Source of the DNA: Eukaryota sp. TZLM1-RC
Lineage: Eukaryota; Protista; Metamonada: BaSk clade
DNA length: 64,000 bases
Direction of reading: 5' to 3'
NCBI GenBank assembly: GCA_040285825.1
Contig: JAUPSS010000008.1
Span: forward strand, 1-64,000
Part shown: positions 49,488 to 60,511 of the stretch, piece by piece
Layout: each line of letters starts with the position of its first letter
Numbering within the stretch: the first letter of the stretch is position 1
Notes under the pieces: generated by a model
What the model saw: the letters and a program-made list of their open reading frames with translations, nothing else
The model's database searches: none
What the model was told of the DNA's origin: nothing
Made by a program: the position numbers and the translations under genes

Positions 49488-52400
49488 ATGGATGTTGACT
49501 CTATCATAAACTCCCTTGATTTCAAACGGCGTCTAGATGGCTTTCCACTCGATATACAACCAAACATTGTTGCTCTCATTTCTGCTGTGCTCCGTTTCTC
49601 CACACAAACTATCTCTGATGAGAATGCTCTATTGCGTTCCGAGTTGGATCGCTCTCATCAAAACTATGCTGCTTGCGAACGCACCCTCTCCCGTCTTCAA
49701 TCTCATCATAAAGCAAGAGAAGAGGAATCCCAACAAGCTATTGAAGCCGCACAGTCCCTCACACAGCAGTACCAATCAAGACTCCAACTGACTGAATCTC
49801 AACTTGAGGAAACAAAGTCTGAACTATCCAAATCTCAAGTACTTTTCTCTTCAAGATCCTCGGCTATTCCAGCCGAAACACCATCTGTTATTGAAATGTA
49901 TCACCAACTGCAAGATGCTCAAAACTTGGCCAAAAAAGAACAATTGGAGAGGGAAAAGTTGGAGACCTATTTGCAAGAAATTCACAAAGTTCTTGAAGAA
50001 AAACAGCCCGCTCTCACTTTATTACAAGAGTCTTGGTCGATGAGCGAAGTTACCCAAAAAGCTATGAGCAGTCGACTAAGAGAGTCCTTAGAAGTTGAGC
50101 AGGAGAGCTCGAAATTAAAGGCAACAGTTCATAATCAATCAAAAGTGATTGAGAAGTTGAAGCAGCAGAATGCTCAATTGTTAGCCAGATCGGAAGGTAA
50201 GTCAACTGATGATTCTGCTGTTGTATTCTCTGATTATAAACAACTTATTGATCGGAATGTTGAATTAATGAAGAAGGTTGAAGAATTGAATTCTGATCTC
50301 TCAGCCAGCCAGGACCTTCAAACCATTGCTGACCTTCAACAGTATGTGCACGAACAACAAGTTTTGATTGACCATTTGAAAGAAGATCGAGATGCATTAG
50401 CTAATAAGTTGAAAGTTCAAGAAGGTCTTCTCAAGTCAAGCAATTATGATCCCTCAAAGACCAGGTATGGAGAACAAATCTCAGTAGCATCACCATACAC
50501 TGTGCAACTCGAACAAAAAGTTCATTCACTCGAATTGAACATTACTGAACTAGTAAGTAGAAACAATTCTCTTATCGAGTCATTAGACCACCTTCGTCAA
50601 TCCTTGCACGATGTTCGATCTGAATCTGGTGAACTTCGACAACAGAACTCTACTTTACGAAACGATTTAACCACTTCTCATGGTGAGTATCAAACTTTAA
50701 TGGCCCAATTCAATGAAATCATTCGGACAAAGAGTGAGACTGATGGAGAGCTTAATCAATCTAAACGTGAATTAGGGGTAGTCAATGCAGAGTTGGATCA
50801 TTATAAAAGTCTATGTGTTCAGCTTTCTGATTCAAGTTCTCAACTAAACTCCAAAATTTCTGAATTAGAGACTCGATTACAAAAAGAGATCAATAGAGCA
50901 CAAGCTTCGTCATCATCGCTTGTCAGTGCACTTGATGACAATCAGAAACTTAAGGATTACGTGTCTACTCAATCAAAAGAGATTGATTCTCTCAAAAATG
51001 AAGTCTTTGAGCTTAAAACAGGTAAACAGCCACCGGTGGTTCAAGATTTGGAAGAAAATATCATCAATTTAACCAAAACTATCGAAGAAAAGGAGACCTT
51101 ATTAACGGAATTACAATCAAAATTGCTTGAAGCTCATAAAAAAGAAGAAATTCTCTCAAAGTCTGTGGAGGATAGCTCAAATAAGGTGAAACATTTGACC
51201 TTTGTTATTGAAACATTGAAAGCAACACAAGGTGATTCTCAACTTAATATTGACTCACTATCTGCCCAAATTCATCAATTGTCACGAGGTAAAAATGACC
51301 TTGAGCTCAGAATTGAAGGTTTGTTAAAGGAAATAGAAAGTAAAAATGCTTTTATTTCAAAGTTGACTGAACAGGTTTCAACTCTGTCTGCTGAGAATAG
51401 ATCTTTGGAACAACTTGTTGAAAAGCAAAAAATTGACTTTAAGGAAATCGAACATTTGCATGAGAGGGAATCCAAAAACAAGGAGATTTCTATTGAAAAA
51501 CTGAATCAATCACTTTCCCTTTCGGAATCATCCATTACTCGACTGGAAACTGAACTTCAAACAGTCAAGAAAGAACGTGAAACGCTATTGAATCGACTCT
51601 CTGACCATTCAATTTCGGAACCATTCCAAGAATCACTTTCCTTTCATGAAAAAGAAAGAGAAGCTTTTAGAACTGAGGTTGAACGTTGGTATACAGAGTT
51701 TTCTGCCATTAAACATAATTATGCTCTTTTGGAAAGTGAATTATTAAATATGAAAAGTCAGATCATCACTAGCGAATTTGATTCTCAGAAGAGTACTCTA
51801 TTGGAAGAGAAAAATAAACAATTGGAGGAAGAAATTCAAAGACTTTCAGGACAAGTCAGTGAATTCTCTACGAAAGTACAGCAACTCAATGCTGATGTGG
51901 AACAACTTTCTGCTCAGAATTTAACATTAGTGTCTGAAAAAGAACATGCTATTGACATGGAACAGAAACTTAGTAAGGCTTTAACAACAGTCAATGAGAA
52001 TGGCAAAAAGTGGAAAGAGCGTGCGAAATTGGCTGAACAACAATTGGAAGGACATAGTGCAAAGAAAAAAGGTGATTTAAATGATGTTTTGCAAATGAAA
52101 AAGGAAATTCAGCTGTTAGAACAGTATATTCTGAAATTCAAACATTATCTCAAATTAAAACAAAATTTGGTCGGAATTCTTAGAAGTCGTATAACCCAAT
52201 TGAAAGAAGAAAAAGACAAGGCATCTACTGAGCCAGAATCAGCTGTGGGGTTTGTTTTTGATGCTCCCCCACCCTCCTGGCCTGTTAACCATCATTCTTC
52301 TTCAAATTCTTCAGTTCCAGGTGGGTTTGTCTTTGAAGAAGCTAATGGCGAAGCTGCCATGGAAGGAGTTTTAGTTGAAGAAAATGTAAAAGAAGAAAAA

Positions 52401-52703
52401 GAACATGGATTCTTTTTTGATGCAAAACCTTTACTTAGTGCAGGAACTGTTCCTGAATCAGAAATGCTTCCACTATTAGCTGAAGGATTTACTTATCCTA
52501 CTTCCCCAGTTTCATTTTCTTTTTGTCCTGATTCATTGAGTGATGCTATTCCATGTAGTCCACAAGAACCTGATGTTGACAATGTAGGATTTATTTATAG
52601 AACAATTAATCCTTTTAAATATGAACCGACAGTGTTAGATGCTACAACAGTAGCTCCTATTGAGCCTACTTATTTCTCTGGCGGTTTTGTTTTTGGTGAG
52701 TAA
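49488..52703 (+). CDS. TPR/Mlp1/NUA-like nuclear basket coiled-coil nucleoporin
   Basis: Long coiled coil. EMYHQL..KEQLEREKLETYLQEIHKVLEEKQPAL and VVFSDYKQLIDRNVELMKKVEEL resemble the conserved TPR/Mlp segments. The acidic tail has GFxF motifs. Confidence 0.7.
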   Translation: MDVDSIINSLDFKRRLDGFPLDIQPNIVALISAVLRFSTQTISDENALLRSELDRSHQNYAACERTLSRLQSHHKAREEESQQAIEAAQSLTQQYQSRLQLTESQLEETKSELSKSQVLFSSRSSAIPAETPSVIEMYHQLQDAQNLAKKEQLEREKLETYLQEIHKVLEEKQPALTLLQESWSMSEVTQKAMSSRLRESLEVEQESSKLKATVHNQSKVIEKLKQQNAQLLARSEGKSTDDSAVVFSDYKQLIDRNVELMKKVEELNSDLSASQDLQTIADLQQYVHEQQVLIDHLKEDRDALANKLKVQEGLLKSSNYDPSKTRYGEQISVASPYTVQLEQKVHSLELNITELVSRNNSLIESLDHLRQSLHDVRSESGELRQQNSTLRNDLTTSHGEYQTLMAQFNEIIRTKSETDGELNQSKRELGVVNAELDHYKSLCVQLSDSSSQLNSKISELETRLQKEINRAQASSSSLVSALDDNQKLKDYVSTQSKEIDSLKNEVFELKTGKQPPVVQDLEENIINLTKTIEEKETLLTELQSKLLEAHKKEEILSKSVEDSSNKVKHLTFVIETLKATQGDSQLNIDSLSAQIHQLSRGKNDLELRIEGLLKEIESKNAFISKLTEQVSTLSAENRSLEQLVEKQKIDFKEIEHLHERESKNKEISIEKLNQSLSLSESSITRLETELQTVKKERETLLNRLSDHSISEPFQESLSFHEKEREAFRTEVERWYTEFSAIKHNYALLESELLNMKSQIITSEFDSQKSTLLEEKNKQLEEEIQRLSGQVSEFSTKVQQLNADVEQLSAQNLTLVSEKEHAIDMEQKLSKALTTVNENGKKWKERAKLAEQQLEGHSAKKKGDLNDVLQMKKEIQLLEQYILKFKHYLKLKQNLVGILRSRITQLKEEKDKASTEPESAVGFVFDAPPPSWPVNHHSSSNSSVPGGFVFEEANGEAAMEGVLVEENVKEEKEHGFFFDAKPLLSAGTVPESEMLPLLAEGFTYPTSPVSFSFCPDSLSDAIPCSPQEPDVDNVGFIYRTINPFKYEPTVLDATTVAPIEPTYFSGGFVFGE

Positions 52704-52892
52704 TTAATTATTTTTTTAATAAAACAAACAAATCAAATTAATTTTAGTGACATAGATGAAAAAGTTGTATCGAAACAATAGTTTAAACCCTCCCTCCACA
52801 TTGTACACACTATCTATTTTTCTGTGTAATAATGATCAAGGATCAATACTACCGTTATCTATATTAATCAACAGCTTGGGTTTAGTTAATGA

Positions 52893-53339
52893 TTACTTTG
52901 ACTCAATCATCATAGTTATAGGGCCATTGTTGGTTAAAGATACATCCATCATTGCCTGGAATTGTCCAGTTTCGACTGAAGGATGTTGTTCTTTAAAACA
53001 TGTGACAACATAGTCGAACAGTTCTTCGGCTCTTTCTGCGGGCATCGAGTAATGAAAATCGGGCTTATTACCTTTCTTCACATTACCGTAAAGTGTGAAC
53101 TGTGATACAAGAAGAATTCCTAGCTTCAAATCTGAGACAGACTTTTGCCATGGTCTACCATCATCACCTGGCCAAAGACGGAGATTTAAAACCTTTCGTG
53201 TTATCCAATCGGCTTCCTTATGCGTGTCTGATGTGGATATCCCTATCAAGACACATATTCCACCATCAATAGCTCCAGTGATAGTACCATCCTCCAATGT
53301 TACAGATGCTCTTTTAACCCGTTGAACCAGAGCTTTCAT
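52893..53339 (-). CDS. DTD1: D-aminoacyl-tRNA deacylase
   Basis: MKALVQRV, SQFTL, KGNKPDF and NNGPIT motifs. Confidence 0.95.
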   Translation of the reverse strand: MKALVQRVKRASVTLEDGTITGAIDGGICVLIGISTSDTHKEADWITRKVLNLRLWPGDDGRPWQKSVSDLKLGILLVSQFTLYGNVKKGNKPDFHYSMPAERAEELFDYVVTCFKEQHPSVETGQFQAMMDVSLTNNGPITMMIESK

Positions 53340-53373
53340 CTTTTGGACTAAGAGAATATGATGATATAATACC

Positions 53374-53521
53374 GGTTTTTGCTAAACTTGTACTTTTTGC
53401 TAAACTTGTACTATCTAAAGTTTTCTCATGATACAACATCCTGAACGCGATAGTGCTAGAGTGAATGATATCAGATGGTACATGTTTAGGAAAATTTATT
53501 GGTACAAGTTTAGCAAGACCC
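53374..53521. mobile_element. 148-bp Mutator-type MITE
   Basis: TIRs ggtttttgctaaacttgtac / gtacaagtttagcaagaccc. 9-bp TSD TATAATACC at 53365-53373 and 53522-53530. Confidence 0.88.
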
Positions 53522-54429
53522 TATAATACCAGTTTGGATTTTCTGTTTAGGATTTAATCTATTTTGACTCCTTTTGCCCTTTCCCCATCTCTAATTGAAA
53601 TGGTTGGTTAACTATGAATACAATTTTTTGTCAATTTTAAGTGACAGTGATTTCACGGTTAACCGTTCCACGGTTACACAATTAATCACAGCGGCTAAAT
53701 TGTGGTAGTCAGCTTGAAATTGAAGCCTTGAATTATTGCTTCATTTCATTCTTGCGTTTCTGTCCTTATATCATTCTTGTTTACTTTCATTTGATCTTCT
53801 TTCTGTTCTGTGTTATAAATTGGTCAAATTATCACCAATTTCTTCCTGTTTTCTTTCCATAACAACTAGTTTTCTTTTGAACTCTTGATTTAGTATAATA
53901 CGTGTACGCCTTGTACGTCTGCACTCTTATTGAATTTGATCAAACATCGCATCACTAATGTCCCAATAAGTTGAGGCTATTGCGTTTGTTCTCAGTTTAT
54001 TAAGTTTTTTAATGGTGGATCATGTCGATATTCCTTTTTTGTACAACTTGCGAAAATACAAACTATTTATTTTTTGACATTATTTCTGAAAATTCAACAT
54101 AAAAATCAACATATACGAACTCAATGAAATTAAAAAATTCCTTGTTTCTATATAGAGTTATATATATGCTGTCACCTAAAAAACTTCATTCAATTTTGAT
54201 ATTTTGCAGAAGAGAAATGAATGAAGCATTGTTAGTATCACGTATTATGATATCTTTTCATCGTTCTGTTTAAGTATTATCTTTGTATTGATGCAAGAAG
54301 TAAATAAATAATGTTCTTTGGTGGGTTTGATTATCGGAAACTGATCTTATTCTTGAACTATCAGACACTACAGACACTCGAACTTTGCATTCAGTTAAAC
54401 AAATATAAAATCAAATAAACAGAACTCAA

Positions 54430-56520
54430 AATGACGCTCCCCAGCATTATATTGAAAATCCAACTGTTTTTCTCAAAATTTCTTCGTCTTGCAATTTCTT
54501 TTCTCGATTTGAACTTTAAACTTCATTCCCTTATTAATGTAATACGTACCGATGCTGTTAAGTGCATCCTCAAGCACGACCTTCGTAATGAAAGTTTTGA
54601 AAACCTACGTGATCTCTTATTTCGTTTAAAAGAACTTCTTCCTAGATATCACCTCCCCTACCCTGAGTTCTATACCTACAATAAGCAGTTTTCCTCTTCT
54701 CGCCCTGATGATCTTGCCTCCAATTGCTCTCAACCTCCATCGCGATTTTCTTCTTGTCGTTCTTCTCATCAACATCGACCCAAATCTAATCGCAACTCTC
54801 CATATAAGTTGTCTCGAACTATTTCAATTTCTTTCTCCCCTTCTACAACTTCCGCTAACCTTCTAGCTAGACGCTCCCCTGAAATTATCAGCTGCTTCTG
54901 CAAAAAACCTGCACACATGATTAATGATTGTGCAGATCGTCAATGCAGAGTTTCTCAATAACATAAGGCTGAAACGCAACCCCGTAATCGCAATCCTCAA
55001 CAGTCTGAGTGTCTCCTGATTCGTCAAAATCATTCTCCTAGTTCGAAGTTCCTAAACAAAATCTTTAAGGAACAACAGAAACTTTCTGATTCCGATTCTC
55101 TGTTTGCCGATAGCTAAATTCATCGGAACACCGGTTTAAAAATGTTGAATTCTTTTTCAGCCAAAGATATTAATTCCTCTATCTCTTCGTGCTGAAATTT
55201 TACTTCTTACTCATGGTTCTGTAAAAGCTGGACATCTTCCTGTAGACATTGCCTGGAAGAAATTGAAAGACTTTGACTTTCATTGGCCAGATATGAAAGC
55301 TGATCTAATTTCACAAATTGCTGAATGCATTCCATGCCAGAAGACCGCTCCCATTTGAAAAACAATATCCCTACTACTGGCTCTCTCAACTCTGTGAAAC
55401 GCCCCTTTGAGTATCTTCACTGTGACACAATCGGTTCGCTCTTTGTTGACTCTTATGGCAACAAATATGTTCTTCATTTTGTAGATACCTTTTCAAAATT
55501 TTCAATCCTCGTTCCTGTCACTGATATAACCGCCCTTACTGTGGTTAATTCCATTCTAACTGATGTCTACTCCGTCTTTGGAGCTCCCCGCTCAATTCAT
55601 TCTGATAATGAATCTGGATTCTCAACAAAATATTCTCTCTTCTGTGCCAATACCTTAATATTGAGCACTTCATGTCCATCCCTCATTTTCACCAATCAAA
55701 TGTTCTAGTAGAAAGACAACCTCGTTTGTCTTACAAGCCCCCCGAAATCTTTTACTCGGTTTCGCTGATTATCAGAACTGGTCAAATTACATTTCAACGT
55801 GTCAGCTGATCAGAAACTCACATCCTAGAAAGTCTTCTGGAACCTCTCCTTATTTCCTACTATTTGGAACTTAACCCTCTTCTCGTCTACTTTCTCAAGA
55901 GATGCTAGATGCTTTCAAGTCTCTCGCCAATCAACCAGACATTCCTGACTACCTCTCTCATCTCTCTTCTTTGACTCAAGTTCTTACCGACTCCTGGAAG
56001 TGTTCCAAACACAGAATCGACCTTGACTCTCATGATCCTGAACCTAGTGCACTTATAACTAGTAAATTTCACCCTGGTGATCGAGTGTTTGTCCTTTTGA
56101 GATAAATCTGCTAAACTCCATGTTCACTTTGTAGGACGCTATGCGGTTGAAAGACAACTAACTGACTCCTCCATTTTAGTGAAGAATCCCATCACCAAGA
56201 ACTCGCTTTAGACCTCTATTCACTTAGTAAAACCCTGCGCCTCATCCTTACCAAAGGAAATTCTTGACTCCTATGTAGCTGTCGACAAAGGAGAACACCT
56301 CATTGATGCCATTGACTTCATCGAAAATGATGAAACGACCGTTATCTGGTCAGATGCAACCAGTACGATACAGCCTGTTAACTCAATCAAGAACACTAGT
56401 GCTTACAAGCGATACATGCTTTTTCACGATGATACCCCTAGAAAAAAACCCGTGGAAAAAGAAAGAAGAGGTAGTGTTGGCATATTGCCATATTTAGTTA
56501 GTTTAGTTTAGTCGATGACA
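54430..56520 (+). mobile_element. Decayed, internally deleted Ty3/Gypsy element (gag joined to integrase)
   Basis: Knuckle remnant CFCKKPAHMINDC. Integrase remnants RPFEYLHCDTIG, FVDTFSKF and IHSDN. PPT aagaaagaagaggtag followed by TGTTGG at 56475. Confidence 0.8.
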
Positions 56521-57649
56521 TGCCATTCATTATTTTAAATTCTTGTACTTTTCTTTGTGATTTTCCTTGCAACATTGATAAACTCCTGTTCTCGTTTTTA
56601 ATGTTATTTTACAGTGCACAAAACCCAACAGATAGCACTTTTTGGTAGACCTCATTTATGTCCAATATCTATCAAAAATTCTAGTGGAACACACTGATGC
56701 ATTCCAAATACAGCTGCAAAAATACAGCTATATATCCAAATGCATTTATATAGTCTTCGACATAAGTCAATAATATAAAAGAACAATCAACAATGATATT
56801 TTTAATAAAACTAAAACAATTTGAAAAGAAGGGGCCAAGACCCTTCTAATTCTTTTCTACTTCAGTTGAAAAGATTTTGTCAACAATTGTGTTCTTTTTC
56901 TTCCTCATTTTTTCTACCGGTACTGTGTTTCTTTTCAGCTGCTGATGAAACACAAGCCATGGGAAAATCTTCTCTCTGTTTTCGTCCGTGTCTTCTAGGA
57001 TGCTGCCTAGTTATAGTGATATCTCGTCTAGTGAATTGTCTTCTACATTGTGAATTCAATCGTTTATTGTTGTGTATTCTTCATCTGATCCCAAACCCAG
57101 ATCCAAAATGAAAACGTGAAAATCAATAAAACTGGTGACATTCAACAATTTGTTTTCAACGAAAAGATCGTTGTTCACAATGTTTTTGTAAATCTGTTGT
57201 ATGAAGATAAACTGGTAAACAATTCAGATTGAAAATGCACTGAGGATCGCTTTTTGAGTGGGTTGTGAGTACAAACTTTTTTTACTCACTCAGTTTTCAC
57301 TCACCCCACAAAACGCTCTTTCACAAATTATAAATAGCCTTTATTGACAAAGAAGTAGGGCTAAACCCGTCTGTAGTTCTATATCAATTCGTCTTGTACA
57401 CAATAAGATCAACCTTGCTTCTTTTGTAACAGAAGAGATATGATGTCATCACAACAACTTCATAAGCAGAGAGCTTATACGTCTTACATCAACCTGCTTT
57501 CTTTTGGGACAGAATGTCTATATCAATAAACTTTGTAGTATTGAGCTTTTTATTGCCATAACATTTAACAAAACTAACAAACAGACAGTCACTATTATTT
57601 ATGGGGTATACATACGACATGTTGTTGTTTTCACAAGAGCTTGCGTCCC

Positions 57650-58241
57650 TCAGGGTCCATGCATCTGAGGACACTAAGGTTAGGGCATGTTATACCTATA
57701 TGTTTCTTAACAAACCACAGGCTTATATAGCTCAATACTTCTGCATTTCACAGTCAACTCTTAGTCGCTGGTTATAGGCTGCTTTTATCAAATCAATCAA
57801 CAATGATGAAACTCCAAATTCACGCCTAATGTTGTAAACTGCAGAGGTATCCTTTATTGTTTCTTTGGTCAAAGAAATTTAGGATTTTTGAGAACAAACA
57901 CTAGCAGCCGAAGTGTATTAATTGTTAATGGATGTAGAATTCATCTGTCACCCTTTATAACCGCTGCTTTGAACAAAATGGGCATTTTTTATATCGTATT
58001 ACCACCATATTGCCCAGAATCAAATCCTATTGAGGCGTACTTTTCGGTTTTAAGAAAAAATATTTGTGATGCTTCTCACCAAATCAAAGGCAAAAGTTCC
58101 ATTGAGATTATTCAAACAGTTTTACCACAGCTTAAGTTCGATTGTACTGCTCTCTTCAATCATAGTGGGTGGATTGATTATCAACTGTATGAGTCTCCAT
58201 ATTTATCTGAGAATATGTCTGAGTATATATTAGACCATTAG
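57650..58241 (+). pseudogene. IS630/Tc1-mariner (DDE_3-type) transposase remnant
   Basis: HTH IAQYFCISQSTLSRW (~57726), VLIVNGCRIH and LPPYCPESNPIEAYFS. Confidence 0.75.
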
Positions 58242-58410
58242 TTCAAAAATAAAATTGTTTATCATTTGGGAAATAACTGTCGCTGTGCAAGACCGACCTG
58301 CATTCACTATTTCTTCGTTAGAACTATTTGATTGTGTTGCAGGCGGAGAGACAAAATCGTTTTCTACTCTTGGCATTCTGGATGGGGGTCATTAGCATCA
58401 TCAACCTGAT

Positions 58411-59160
58411 CTAAGGCACGCTCAGCAAGTGGCATAAGTCTTGCACGACAGATCTTCTTTTAAGAGATTGACAAAAGCCTGCAACTTTTTTAAACAATAT
58501 AGTTCTTTGAACTTCCTCAAAACGGTTTCTCTCGGCATCAATCCGAAGTAGTTCACGTGATAACATTTGTGCGACATCATTTCCAAAGTTTTCATCTTCG
58601 TCATCACTTTCGGGTTGATTGACAGAATTGAAAAATCGAGATAAATCGGTAGGTATAATAGTAGAAGAAGCCTCACGCTTCTCCACAAGAGAGGCCCAGT
58701 ATTTCCAAATGGCTGATGGAGCCGATACACCTGCGTTGAGCTCTTTCAAGTCTTCAACTGGCATTTTGATAACCTCTTGTTGTACCTGCTCTTGCTGCCA
58801 CATTTTGTAGGTCTCCTTGTCCACATCAATGGGGTTGACCTTGATTGTAAAGGCTACACCCTCCCCACTGTGCGCAGAAATCCATCCAGCTATCGTTGAG
58901 GTTACTCCTGGACGAAACTGGCTGCCGGTTGACTTGTATTTGACTTCAAGTTGCCAGTCACTGTTAAACTTCTTTTTCTTTGCAGACAATTGGGAGTGGA
59001 AAAATTGATGAGCAGCTTCCTGAAGTTCTACTGCGGTAAAGCAGTTGTCATAATAAAGGGATATTTCCTGTTGAAAGAAGGCACGGGCACCTTTGTACAG
59101 TTGTAGCATCAGTTGTACCTTGATGGAGGATGCATTGGCTATACTGAGGAAAGAAAACAT
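58411..59160 (-). CDS. Hypothetical protein, possibly transposon-borne
   Basis: Open frame of about 250 codons from the ATG at 59160, higher GC than its flanks. No family recognised. Confidence 0.55.
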   Translation of the reverse strand: MFSFLSIANASSIKVQLMLQLYKGARAFFQQEISLYYDNCFTAVELQEAAHQFFHSQLSAKKKKFNSDWQLEVKYKSTGSQFRPGVTSTIAGWISAHSGEGVAFTIKVNPIDVDKETYKMWQQEQVQQEVIKMPVEDLKELNAGVSAPSAIWKYWASLVEKREASSTIIPTDLSRFFNSVNQPESDDEDENFGNDVAQMLSRELLRIDAERNRFEEVQRTILFKKVAGFCQSLKRRSVVQDLCHLLSVP

Positions 59161-59255
59161 AAATTTATTGGGTGAGTGAAAAGACATGCAATGTGTTGAT
59201 AATTCATTTGAATTGAAAATCACAGCAGCATTTTTCTTCATTTTTCTTATAAATC

Positions 59256-60266
59256 ATGCAGTCATTGAGACCAACACCTTTGGTTACTTTCCCTAATCCT
59301 ATGCATCGTCTACCTGCCCTCAATCAACCACCTCAATCAAAAGCCATCAGCAAGAGGAAACTACACAGGAGACTCATATTGCTATCTATACCTATACTAA
59401 TTTTTATGTTTATCATAGTACTTGTGAATGTTATTACTTCTAACACTCACGATCCTATTCCAGATGATCCAATCAACCCCATTCCACCACATTTTCATTC
59501 ATTTTTCTCTCTACATTTCATAGATGTAGGCCAGGGCGATGCAACTCTTTTAATTGGATCTCATAATAGTACGAATTTTTCTGTTTTAATTGATACTGGA
59601 CGATGGCAAACCAATGATGTTGTACCCTATCTCATATCCCAAAACATTGACCACCTCGATTTAGTAATCATAACCCATCCCCATGCTGATCATATTGGTC
59701 AACTACCTTCAGTACTTCATAACTTTCAAGTGGATGAGGTGTGGATGTCAGGAACTTCAACCACATCCCAAACCTTCTTACGTGCTTTGAGGGCTACTTT
59801 GCAGTCAAATGCCTTGTATAAGGAACCCCGCTACGGGGACTCGTGGAATAAGGGAGGTCTTGCCCTAGAAGTGTTGAATCCCACATTTATTGGCTCTGAT
59901 CTTCATGCTGGATGTGTCTGTGTACGGGCTGTGTATGGTGATTTCAAGGCTGTGTTTACAGGTGATGCTGAAGAATCAACCGAAAGAGCAATGAATTCCA
60001 GAAAACTAAACAACCTCAGTGCCCAATTGCTGAAACTTGGTCACCATGGAAGTTTCACATCTTCCACAGAGTCTTTCGTAGATGCTGTGAACCCTAAAAT
60101 AGCAATTTACTCTGCCTCTGCAACCAATGGTTATGGACATCCCTCTCCGGTTGTGCTTGAACGATTGGCTGATAGAGGTATACCAGTTTTTGGTACTGCT
60201 GAAAGAAGCACAATTGTTGTTGATGTCAAGCATACAGGAGGGGATTTTGTACTGAGGGCTGCTTAG
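59256..60266 (+). CDS. Membrane-anchored ComEC/Rec2-type metallo-beta-lactamase-fold hydrolase (putative nuclease)
   Basis: TM helix, then FIDVGQGDA, LIDTG, THPHADHIG, FTGDAE, LKLGHHGS and N.YGHP. Confidence 0.9.
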   Translation: MQSLRPTPLVTFPNPMHRLPALNQPPQSKAISKRKLHRRLILLSIPILIFMFIIVLVNVITSNTHDPIPDDPINPIPPHFHSFFSLHFIDVGQGDATLLIGSHNSTNFSVLIDTGRWQTNDVVPYLISQNIDHLDLVIITHPHADHIGQLPSVLHNFQVDEVWMSGTSTTSQTFLRALRATLQSNALYKEPRYGDSWNKGGLALEVLNPTFIGSDLHAGCVCVRAVYGDFKAVFTGDAEESTERAMNSRKLNNLSAQLLKLGHHGSFTSSTESFVDAVNPKIAIYSASATNGYGHPSPVVLERLADRGIPVFGTAERSTIVVDVKHTGGDFVLRAA

Positions 60267-60511
60267 TTTTTGCTCTACTTGAACTGAATACTTTCTTTAT
60301 GTAATAAAAATTGAGGTTTAGCTAAACTTCGATAATGTGGTTTGATCTCTAAAAAAATTATTTGCCATTAAGATTCTTTGTTCTTCAAAACTTTGAATAT
60401 TTGTGACCTCTTTAATGTTGTTTGGAAATAATTGTTAATGACTTAAATAGATAGAAACGAATAAGTCAATAATTTACTATTAATAAAAACAAATTCTTCC
60501 TCAAGCCAAGG

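Noticed and set aside
49277-49603. 108-aa minus-strand ORF
   Set aside because: It overlaps the TPR-like gene start, has no recognisable motif, and I could not build a gene model for it.
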